This document shows positions 53,498 to 64,000 of a DNA stretch of 64,000 nucleotides, piece by piece. This DNA comes from Azolla caroliniana. Taxonomy: Eukaryota > Plantae > Polypodiophyta. The DNA lies in contig JBHGNT010000005.1 in NCBI GenBank assembly GCA_043228905.1, positions 8,060,001 through 8,124,000 on the forward strand, in the 5' to 3' direction. Numbering within the stretch: position 1 is the stretch's first letter; each line of letters starts with the position of its first letter. Both the position numbers and the translations under genes were made by a program. The notes under the pieces were generated by a model. That model made no database searches and was not told where the DNA came from. It worked only from the letters and a program-made list of their open reading frames with translations.

Positions 53498-54379
53498 TGT
53501 CGCGGTATTCTGCGAGTACATGTAAGATCTTAGGCGGGACTGCAGGGGTCTTGGACTAGGGAGTAGAGGGAAAGTGGAAGCTTAGCGAAGAGAGAGGGAA
53601 GAATAGCACATAAACATAGAATGGATGGAGGCAAGATACACCAACAAGACAAGAAACATCAACATGCTATATTAAGAGTCCACAAAAATGATTACAATCA
53701 TGGCCGCATAGGCCGCACCAAAACGACTACAAGAAAACCCTAACCGGATAAGTAAGCAAAGAAGCATAGAAACCCTAAAGGAAACCCAAAAAGAAAACCC
53801 TAGAAAAACCCTAAAACCAAATAGAACCCCTCGACCTAAGTGGTATACCTCTCTCACTCAAAATAGGCAACCCTTTCGCAAGTGACCCCTCCCTTCCTTT
53901 TATAGCCCAAGGGGGGAGGGGCCTTACAATGTGGGATAAATTTACCCTCTTTATTCTATACAACATTTTACATTATAAATGTGCACATGTTACACACAAC
54001 CGACTTGCCCATTCCATCCTGGTTTCACACGGTAGCTGGAAATCTTCATGACATCCACCCCCACCAAATCACACATCCATCGATATGTGCCAAGAGGAGA
54101 AGGGTGAGAGATTTCAGCTACGGTGATCAACCGGGTTCTGCACCGTCTCGGCACTCGACCGTCTTCCCGGCTCCTACTGACCCTGATCCATCGGATCCAT
54201 CCGACCCACCACGTCCACCGCGTGTCCCCGAACCACCGACTCCATCTGATCCACCATATCCCACATTCATGCCTTCCTCCTTGATCGGTCCTCCCAAACG
54301 CCATTGCTGACCTGATCTCTCTTCCTTTGTCCGCCACATATGTCCTCTGGATGCGCTCTCGATCTCTTCGATCGCACGC
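53498..54379 (-). mobile_element. Gypsy element D (tRNA-Trp family): 3' LTR 53498-54053 plus adjacent internal sequence
   Basis: Minus-strand termini TGTCATGAAG...CCGCGACA. The adjacent TCCACCCCCACC...GCCAAGAG matches the PPT region of element C at 56513. Truncated by element E. Confidence 0.8.
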
Positions 54380-55727
54380 TGTCGTGAAGATTTTCCGCAA
54401 TGGTGTGAAAATCACATAAAACGTACAAAATCGAGTATAAATCACATAAAACAATAATAGTGAAGTATCTAAGTACAAAATGATGGAGGTCTTCAAGAGC
54501 TTTCGAATGCACTTTATTACACGAGAAACAGACAACTAGATGTCAAGACATGAGAGTATAAAGTTTGTCAAAGGAAAAGAGAAAACTGTGAGATATCCCA
54601 CATAGGCACGACAAATACAACTCTCATCATATATAAGGTAGAGCAAAAGCTATTATTTTTGTGTTTATGTGTTGAGCATAGAGAGTTCAAGGTAACTTGA
54701 ACTAAGAGTGGAGGTGGCCTAGCCACTCGTAAAGGTTTTGGCCAACCAAAACGGAACTGGACGGTAACCAGCGATCGGTGACCCGACGGAATCGGCATCC
54801 GACAGAGCCGGTGATCCGGTGGTATCGGCATCCGACGTGCCAGCGACCGGCATCCGGCGACCAAATTAATAAATAAATATATATCACATATATATACACA
54901 AGGAGGGCAAGTGACAATTCAAACCTTACACCTCCTAGTTAAGAGTCAGTAAGCTTACCACTAAGCCATGACATTTAATTGAGTTTATATTTCTATCATT
55001 GTACTTTTACATGGAAATTCTCATACATGAGAGCTAAAATAAGTGACATGGTTATCATGCACCACATGTAATACATGAGTGCCAAATGGCAAACATGCAT
55101 TTTATGCATGTCTTGTACCCTCACATGCATCATATGAATGTGAGCATCTATAAAAGAAGGGATAAAAAAGAAGAAGGGTTAGGCTTTTTTTGGTTATGAA
55201 ATTAAGAAGAAGAGAATTTGTTATCGAATTGATCGTGTAACTTGTTTCTTAAAATCTAAAATCAAGAGTTCAATCTTAAGCTCTCTGAATCTAAAGTCAA
55301 GCGTTCTATTCTATCTCAAGCTTTCTCTCTCTCTTTCAATCTAGCTTAAGTACTTTCTCGCTAAAGCTTGCGCCAACTTCAAGTCCTTCCGGTCCAGAAC
55401 CCCAGCGGTTCCGCCTCACGATCCGCACGTAGTGACGGATCTTCACGACATAATAAAGTGGTGAACCCGACGTGAAAGAGGCGGTAGGAAGGATCAAGCC
55501 GAAATTAATACTTGGAGATGGCATCCTCAAGAAACCAAGCGGGAGAGCTCGAAAGGATGATGCTAATCATCGAGCAAATGATGAGATCTCGGGACAACGA
55601 CGCGAGCGTGGAGAAGGCTGTCAATCGTGTCGTAAAGCTCGAGGGCCAATTCGATGGAAGGAACGTTACGAAGTTCCTTGACACATATAGAAGGGAGATG
55701 AATCAGAGGGACGTGTCCGAAGCACGT
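54380..55727 (+). mobile_element. Gypsy element E (tRNA-Trp family): 5' LTR 54380-55450, PBS and gag start
   Basis: Termini TGTCGTGAAG...CTTCACGACA form a 10-bp inverted repeat. PBS at 55459. Gag start GQFDGRNVTKFLDTYRREM is homologous to element A gag (G*FKGRYVTSYLESYKAEM). Confidence 0.85.
55459..55476 (+). promoter_or_regulatory. Primer binding site complementary to the tRNA-Trp 3' end
   Basis: TGGTGAACCCGACGTGAA is the reverse complement of ...TTCACGTCGGGTTCACCA, the plant cytosolic tRNA-Trp 3' end as I recall it. Confidence 0.85.
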
Positions 55728-58700
55728 TGTCGAGATATTACGCAAGTGCGTGTGGAAACGAGGCGGGACCGCGGGGGTCTCGAACCAAAGAGCAAGCGAG
55801 GGAGGAGAAAGAGAGAGAACCGGCTACGCAGGACCGGGGATACACAGGGACACGGCCCTTCAGCACGGATAACGCGAACAGACACCGACACAGACAGATG
55901 CGAATGACTAAATATGTATATTAACAAAAATGGCTAACACGACTACAACCCTCGATGGGGGCACAGGTTGGTTACGACCGAACAGGCCGGCGAACAGATG
56001 CCGATGCTTGTTCGCTTCGACGCACAAAGGGGTAGCAGGTCGGAGGTGCTGCCGGAAGCACTCGGGCGTTCCTCGAAACAGCGCGAGCCTCTTCGGGACC
56101 CTGCACAGAAAGCTATGGAGCTCAAGAAGGAAGGAAACAGAGAGAGAAGCGTCCAGAAACGGTCCGACAGCACTTCGTCCTCTCTGCGCGAGATCCCTGC
56201 AACAGCTCTTTCCTGCTCCTTATATAGGCCGACGAGCAGGCCGTCATGTCAGCTTTATTCCCTGTCCCTTTTTGACAGGGATCCGCTCCGTTCTTCACGC
56301 ATCCGCGTAGTTACGCCGCCGACTCGTACAGTTCGCGCGCGCGACCGAAAAGACTGTTCGCGCGGTCTTTGTCTCCACTCGTGTTAGGGCCCGTTCCTGC
56401 CGATTATCCTCCTAATTCGCTTCTATGTACAACTTGGAGCGTGCGCGCGTGAAGAACCGGTTCCCACGCCTTGGTGCGCCGATTCCGCTTATGGACGGTT
56501 TTCTTCACGACATCCGCCCCCACCTAACCGCGCATCCTCTGGTATGCGCCAAGAGAGTTGGGACGGAGAAAACCGGCCCATCTTCATTCCTCGCCCGTCG
56601 GTTCTCCCTCGTTTTCGGATCGTTCGTCACTGCCGACTAGGAGAGCCGGGTCTGGCTCGTCGTCGTGTCGCTTCTTGAACGCTTTGATCCGCTTCCCTGC
56701 AACCGGTACCGCCATTCTCGTACCGTCGAGTTCCGCCAGGTGATATGTCCCGTTGTCATTGGCGCTCCGTACCACGTAAGGCCCGAACCACCTTCGTGCG
56801 AACTTCCGTGTAGCTCGGTGCTGGTTGTCGAGGCTGCTGTCGTAGACGAGCACCCAGTCACCTTCTTCGATTTTCTTCGGTCGGAGCCGGTGCGTTCGGT
56901 CGAACCTGGCTTTGTTCTTTGTCCTCGCCACCCGGAGCTTCTCCGCAGCCAGTTCCATGTCCTCCGGTCTCCGCTCGAGCTGTCGTATACGCGCGGCCAA
57001 CAACTCCTCCCGGCTCATCTCGTCCCTCCAGTCGACCGTTGCCCACGAGGAGATTGTCCGTTCTATCGGCATGATCGGCTTCTGGCCGAACATGAGCTCC
57101 GTCGGCATGTACCCGGTTACCGAACTGTGCGTGGTCCGGTCTGCCCACAAAGCATAAGGTAGCAGCCGCGGCCAGTTACCGACTCGGCCTCCGCATGCCC
57201 GAACCAACGCCTTGGCGATCGGTCCGTGTCCGCGCTCCACCTTTCCATTCGCCTCCGGATTCTACGCAGTGGTGAGCGAGAGCTTGACTCCCAGCCGGTC
57301 GAACAGCTCCGCGGCTTCTTCGGCGTCCAACTCCCCTCGGTCAGCCACGATCTTCCCGATGCACCCATACCGGCATATCACGTCCTCGATTAGGAACCGA
57401 CATACGGCCGCGGTCGTTTTGTTCGGAAGGGCCCGGCCTTCCACCTGGTTCATCAGATCCTCCCGCGCTAGGACCAGGTACCGCATCTGTCCTACCCCCA
57501 TTGGCATCGTCACCAGATCTACCATCCATTTGAAGTGGATGGTCGGAGGGTACGTAGGGTGAAGCTCGTCTCGATGTCGGACTATGGAGTGCATCTGACA
57601 GCACTCGCAAGTTGTCACGAACCGATGCACGTCCTGGTACTGCCCCGGCCACCAATACTTCCCCTTCAGTTTCTCAAACGTAGCCCATGTTCCACGGCAT
57701 CCAGCCCAAGGGCTGTCGTGGTAGGCCGCTAGCAGCTCCTCCTGATCTTCCTTCATCGCCACCACCCGGAGCGGAGCGCCGTCCCTCTTCTTCGGGTGCT
57801 TCCATAGATAGCCATCCCGGAGAAAGAACCGCTACGCTTTCTTCCGGATCCGGTTGGCCTCGTCCTTCGTCCATGACGCATCGGGCGTCATTGTCTTCAA
57901 AAACCCACCGATCTGCAGCCACTCCCCGTCGTACTTGCTCGCGTCGAAGTCGTTAAGCGCCGGAGTGCTTGTTCCGTCGGTTGTTACATACGCAGTCTCG
58001 AAGAAGTCCACGCCGACCTCTTCGTCCTCCGAAACCATGCCGCCCTCGTCATCGAATCTCGCCCTTGAAAGCATGTCGGCCATGGCGTTGTCTTTCCCGG
58101 AAATGTGTCGTATTTCCGGGTCCAGGGACTTGATGTACGCTATCCACCTGAGCATTGCCAGGTCCGGCGTCGCGCATCCGGAAACCATGCCGAGAATCGG
58201 CATGCAATCCGTCTCTATGATTACCTCTGTCCCGATCAGATAGTCCTTGTCGGCCTTCACCGCCGAAACGATACCCCAGAGTTCGCGTTTAACCTGGGCG
58301 TATCCTCGCTGCCGCTCACTGAGGACCTTCGCGCCGAATCGGATCGGAAACCGATTGCCGTCCTCGTCTTCTTGTTTGACGACCCACCCGATTCCGGTCG
58401 GACTCGTGTCAACCGTTATGTACACTGGGGTGCCCCTCCTGTAGACGGCCTTTCGGAGCGCCGGTGCTGCCGAAAGAGCCTCCTTCAGCTTCCGGACCGA
58501 CTCCGTGTGCTTGTCTAGCCATTCGAATCTTCGCCCTTTCTTCAATAATCCGTACAGCGGCTCCGCGACGTGCGCGTAATGCGGGATCCATATGTGGTAG
58601 AAGGCGCATGCTCCCAAGAATCTTCGTACTTCCGTGACCGAGCTGCAATCAGGCTTCATCGCGGAGATGGCTTCTACCTTTGCCGGAGACGGTTTCCGGC

Positions 58701-60184
58701 CATATGGTCCACATAAATGTCCGACCACCATGATTTCCGACTGCCCGAAGGCTGACTTCTCCCCCGAGAAGGTGAGCCTCGCATCCTCTAGCCTTTGCAG
58801 CACCTTCTCGCAGTCGTCGATGTGCGTCATCACGAATCGCCGGCATCCGTCCGGCCCGATCGTCTCGTCCTTCTCTTCTACCGGGCATCCCTTGATCGGG
58901 ATGTCGTCTAGAAACGGCATGGTGATGTCCGGGATGCAGTCCCTCAGCACCTTCTTCATTGCATTCACCATGTGGGCCACCGAGTTGGTCCCTCCTTGCG
59001 GCAGCGTACACATCCGCACTAGGCCGAGGGGAGTTCGCATTGTCGTAATGTCTCTGCTCTCCACGGCTAGCTGGAACTGGTCGTACCCTGAGTATAGATC
59101 ACCGACCGAGTAAATCGACCTTCCGGCGAAGGCCTCCGCGAACTCGTCTATGGTCGGTCCGATCCCTGCGTTCCGAATGGTCACTCTGTTGACCGGCTGC
59201 AGGTCCTGAATGAAGCGCAACGATCCGTTTTTCTTTGGTACGGTAAACCATCGGTTTGAATATGGGGCGCTCGACGGCTCGAGAATGCCCATATCAACTT
59301 TTTGCTTCAACAGCTCCATCAACTTCGGGATGTGAGCCCTCGGAACCGGAATTGGCTTGAGATTCCACGGTACATGCGGTACCGTGAATATCACCATTGG
59401 CTCTACGATCGTCGGGTCTACGCACCCGATTTCCTCCGGTGAGAATGCGAAGGCTTTCCCGTGCCTTCCGAGCATTCTCCGAAACCGGTCTTCCTCCACC
59501 AGCAGTAGGAACCCGCCCCCACCGATCTTCAGCTCGCGGAGCGTCTCGTTGGTGAAGGTGTGTCCTATGCAGGCCGGATCTCGTAAGCTGGGGTCCGATG
59601 CAACCCCTTTGATTCGGGATTCGCTGCCCTCCGGTAAGGGCGCCGCAACTGGCCTCACCTTCCGGTCCACAGTCTTGTACTTGGTGCTAACTCGGGCCGT
59701 CCGTTCCGACTCGAGCCCTCGACCGAAGTTCGCGATGACTTCGTACATTTCTTCGGAACACACCGGTATCGTCCGGTCTTCGTTAAGGTCTTCTTCGACC
59801 ACCTTCCCCAGCATTCCCAAGGTGTCGTCGAAGGAGACTGCCTCCACGGCTCCGTTGATTTCTTCGTCAGGGCCGAGAACTCCGCACGCCCGAAGTCTCC
59901 CCTCCGTCTTTGTTTTCTCTCGGCCGGCGATGCCGACCATCGTACATGCTCCGCTGTCGGAGAAGCAAAATTTCCTACCTATTGTACACGGTTTTATCGT
60001 ACAGATGTGGGGTTTTCCCGGAGCATCCGGACTGTCGCGGCCCCATGCCTTGGCAGTCCTCTCTAAAAATCCTCTCGGGTTTCGGAACCGAGGGAGTCGC
60101 GGTTACGTTCGTGGTTCGGCCGTACCGTCAGAAACTGGACCGAATGGCGCCCGTCTTGGCTTTTGACCCTCGCGTAGGCCGAAC
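55728..60184 (-). mobile_element. Gypsy element C (tRNA-Trp family): protease end, near-intact RT-RNase H-integrase, 3' LTR 55728-56512
   Basis: One frame from 60066 to 56584 with only two TAG stops (57832, 57262). RT motifs DLYSGYDQF, LPQGGTNS, FLDD. RNase H TVDTSPTGIG, ETDC, ADMLSR. Integrase HHCC and D,D-E (VDLV, ADRGE, GKVERGH), GPY/F module, no chromodomain. G-rich PPT-like tract at 56513-56525. Confidence 0.93.
60007..60072 (-). promoter_or_regulatory. Predicted -1 ribosomal frameshift signal (G_GAU_UUU + pseudoknot)
   Basis: Heptamer at 60072-60066 directly before the protease-ORF stop. The -1 frame is open into RT. Stem and loop pairings are conserved in the copies at 38485 and 39469. 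Confidence 0.8.
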
Positions 60185-63100
60185 TGTTGGGATTACGGTC
60201 CCTTCGGATGGGATAGTCGGATGTCGGACTGAATGCCGACAAGCCCGGTTTCGGTTTCGGAACCAGATGATGAAGACCCCGGCTTCGGAGCCGGTTGACG
60301 AATGTACCCGGAGAGAGATCCGGATGCGGGGACATATCCGTGAATATGTTTGCCAAGGGCCCCTGAGGCTATAGTTGTAAATAGCCCCAAAGTCATATGT
60401 GTATAAATATGACTTAGGGCAAACAGTTTTATGGTTGTTTATTATTTTTCTGTTTTTCCACTCAAGAGGAGTGAAGAGTGAGCAGCCGCGAGAGAGAGAG
60501 AGAGATAGAGCGTGAGCGAGGAAGAGGACGACGCCTCTGTGTATTTCCGCCGCCTGTGGCGAGGACAGCGAGCTCAAGGTCGTCGCCTTGCAGCTCGCCA
60601 TTGTATACTTCTCTTTGTATAGTGTTGGTTTGGAGTCTTGTACTCCCGTGGTTTTTCTCGTATAGGGTTTTCCACGTTAATCCCTGTGCATTCGTGTGTT
60701 TCTCTCTGTGGTTCCTATTTTTCTGCTGCATTGATTCGCGCTTACTCGGTTGTGGCCGAGTGGTGAAGGTGAATCAAAGCGTCGATTCCCAACAAACTGG
60801 TATCAGAGCGGGTTGCTGCAGAAAATGGAAGGCGGCGGCAGCGGGCAGCCGGGGATGATGGTGCTGACTGCGCAGAATTACGCCGACTAGAAGATCAAGA
60901 TGGAGGATCTTCTGATTGTTCGGGACCTGTACGAACCGATTGACAGGTCGGAAATACCGAAAGGGGTACTTGAGTCGGAATGGAGGCTTCTAAACCGGAA
61001 AGCCGTTGCAACCATTCGGCAATACGTCGACGTGAGCGTTCTACAACATGTGGCGAACGACACCAACGCATATGAGATGTGGCGGAAGCTGTCGGGCCTC
61101 TACGAGAGGAAGAATGCGTTGAACCGGACCTCCCTGATGAGGAAGATAGTGAATCTCAAGTACCGGGACGGCGAGAGTATGGTGGAACACGTAAGCACGT
61201 TCATGGGGTTCGTGAATCAGCTTGCGGCGATCAAGTTCCCGTTGGAGGATGCAATGCAAGCCATCATCCTGATGTGTACATTGCCGGAAAGCTGGGAGAA
61301 CTTGGTGGTGACTCTCAGCACCTCCTGCACAGAAGATAACTTGTCCTTACAAACGGTAAAGACAAGTATTTTGAACGAAGAAGCGCGTCGGAGAGATAAA
61401 GAACCGGCCTCCGACTCGAAGGCGCTGCTTACCGAATCGGATCGGGGAAGACAATGGAACCGGAGTCCGCAAAGACGGGAGAAGTCGGGGACCCGGTCGC
61501 AGTCAAGAGGAAGGCCCACATGCTTCCACTGTGGGAAGCCGGGGCACTTCCAAAAGAATTGTCGGCATTACCGAAAAGACAACGGAGCCGACGACACCGA
61601 TTCGAAGAAGTCACCGGAGAGAAACGGTGCATACCGGGGAGCCACGGACCGGGGAGGTTCGGATCGGCGAGGGCAGGACCGGAAAGGAACAACGGCACTC
61701 GCGGCAAGTGAGGAAGAAATCATGCTCATCACCGAAGAAAGTGAAGTAAACATTGCCGGCGATGAGACGACCTGGGTGGTCGATTCCGGAGCATCGTTCC
61801 ACCTGACCCCGGAGAGAAGATACTTCTCATCCTACACAGCCGGTGAGCATGGCTGTGTTCGGATGGGAAATGAAGGTACGTGCCGGATTGCCGGCATCAG
61901 AGACGTGTGGTTGACAACCCCGACCGGATGCAAAATGCTGCTGAAGGATGTCCGACACGTTCCGGAGGTTCGATTGAACCTGATTTCGGCCGGGAGGCTA
62001 GACGATGAAGGCTACACAGGTAGCATCCGGAACGGCGTAATGAAGTTCAGCAAGGGGAGCCTGATAGTGGCTCGGGCCCGGAAAGACAACACACTGTACC
62101 TGATGAATGCCCGGTTGTGTCCGGAAGAGTTGAACGTGGCAGCCGACACTGCCGGTGAGCTGTGGCACAAGAGACTGTGCCACATGAATGAGAAGGGAAT
62201 GAAGAGGCTTGCAGAAGACAACCTTATTCCAGTGAAGCATGTGCACCTGGAGAAGTGCACCGATTGCCTGGCCGGTAAGCAGAACCGAACCTCCTTCCAC
62301 TCAAGGCCACCGATGAGACGTAGCGCACCATTGGAGTTGGTGCACACTGATGTGTGTCAGGTAGAAACGAAGTCACATGGCGGAGCCCAGTACTTCGTAA
62401 CATTCATTGATGATCACAGCCGGAAGCTGTGGACGGCACCGTTGAAGACAAAGGACCAAGTGTTGTGCGTCTTCAAAGAACTCCACGCGAGAGTGGAAAG
62501 GGAATCCGGCAAGAAGCTGAAAGCGATACGAGCGGATAACGGAGGGGAATACCGGGGGCAGTTCCAGGAGTACTGTCGCTCGAAGGGAATCTGACTCGAG
62601 TTTACTGTGCCGAAGACGCCGGAACTGAACGGGCTGGCCGAGAGGATGAACCGGACCATAATGGAGAGGGTCCGGAGTATGCTGGCGCATGCGAAATTAC
62701 CCAAGGGGTTTTGGGCTGAGGCGATGTCGACGGCGACATACGTGATAAACAGATCACCCTCAGTACCTTTGGACGGAGACACGCCGCAGAAAGTGTGGAC
62801 CGGTAAGGAAGTGTCCTACCGGCATCTGAAGGTGTTCGGGTGTCTCGCATACGTGCATGTGGCAAAGGACCGGAGAGGAAAGCTAGATCCAAAGACCCGG
62901 CCATGCATATTCCTCGGTTACGGCGATGACGAGTTCGGCTACCGAGTATGGGACCCGGTTGACAAGAAGATATTCCGGAGTCGTGATATCATCTTCATGG
63001 AGAACAAGACACTCGCCGACTGGGAGTCGGAGAAGAAGATGAAGAGCTCCAAGTCAACCGGTGAGGATCAACTTTATGAGGAGCAGTCCCGACCGGCAAG

Positions 63101-64000
63101 GGACCGGTTAGCACTCGAGGATCCGGCCGAAGACGGTGAAGAAACAGAACCGGCCGAAGAAGATGAAAATGATACCGGAACCGGCCCCGATCCCTAAATG
63201 GATTCGGATGAAGAAGAAGAATCGGAAGAACCGGTTACCGAAGCTCCCGAACGGAGATATCCTCTAAGAGAGAGGAGGGCCCCCCGGAGATTTCCGGATC
63301 CAGAGCACGTGCTGCTAACCGACGAGGGGGAGCCGGAGAGCTTTGAAGAAGCAAAGCACGACACCCAGAGCCGCAGGTGGTTGAGTGCCATGCAGGACGA
63401 GATGGATTCCCTGCATGAGAACCACACATATGAACTTGTGGAGTTGCCGAAAGGAAAGCGGGCACTTCGAAACAAGTGGGTGTTCAAGCTGAAACCGGGA
63501 GATGCCGAAAACCCCCCGAGATACAAAGCCAGGATCGTGGTGAAGGGGTTTCAGCAGAAGAAGGGCGTCGACTTCGACGAGATATTTGCCCCGGTAGTGA
63601 AGATGACCTCCATCCGGACGGTGCTGAGCATAGCGGCAAGCATGGACCTCGAGGTAGAACAGATGGACGTGAAGACGGCATTCCTTCACGGTGACCTCGA
63701 TGAAGAGATCTACATGCAGCAACCGGAAGGATTCGAGAAGAAAGGGAAGGAGCATCTGGTATGCCGGTTGAAGAAGAGCCTTTACGGACTGAAGCAGGCT
63801 CCCCGGCAATGGTACCGGAAGTTCGACTCCTTCATGACCGACGAAGGGTACCTCAAAACGCAGTCTGACCACTGCGTGTTTGTGAAGAAGTTCGAAGGAG
63901 GAGACTTTCTAATACTCCTCCTGTACGTGGACGACATGTTGATCGTCGGACGGGACCAGGTCAAGATACGGATGCTGAAGAAGGCTCTTCACCGAACCTT
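60185..64000 (+). mobile_element. Ty1/Copia element (Copia-3, Tnt1/Tork-like), runs off the window end
   Basis: 5' LTR 60185-60794 (TGTTGGGA...TCCCAACA). PBS TGGTATCAGAGC at 60798. A single gag-pol frame from ATG 60825 has three stops (60888, 62592, 63195). CFHCGKPGHFQKNC, WVVDSGASFH, LWHKRLCHM, HTDVC, QMDVKTAFLHG, YVDD. Confidence 0.95.

Noticed and set aside
7425-55476. Functional link between the Trp-biosynthesis gene IGPS and Trp-primed retroelements
   Set aside because: There is no mechanism or sequence evidence, so proximity is best treated as coincidence.
56665-60166. Many overlapping antisense ORFs over GC-rich pol genes (also 42800-44600 and 61000-63900)
   Set aside because: These are expected shadows of GC-rich coding sequence and carry no recognisable motifs.

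Overview
Eukaryotic plant nuclear DNA. A fern or other seed-free vascular plant is my inference from the transposon types and gene style. The first ~14 kb holds two host genes. One is an intronless DUF761/DUF4408-like gene (+, ~3448-4467). The other is a 10-exon plastid-targeted indole-3-glycerol-phosphate synthase (IGPS/trpC, -, 13759-7425, 410 aa as I splice it). The remaining ~50 kb is mostly retroelements: a full-length L1-type LINE with a 17-bp TSD plus two LINE 3' fragments, three Ty1/Copia elements, two non-autonomous tRNA-Arg-primed Tat-like elements, and at least seven insertions of one unusual Ty3/Gypsy family in two nested stacks. That family has a tRNA-Trp PBS, an FLDD-type RT and no chromodomain. 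It inserts at CpG-centred 4-bp targets. It carries a G_GAU_UUU slippery site plus a covarying H-type pseudoknot that would join Gag-protease to RT by -1 frameshifting, and two of its LTRs embed an antisense tRNA-like A/B-box cassette. Two related Copia elements share a ~180-codon Pol extension between duplicated polypurine tracts. All coordinates were read by eye and no database searches were run.
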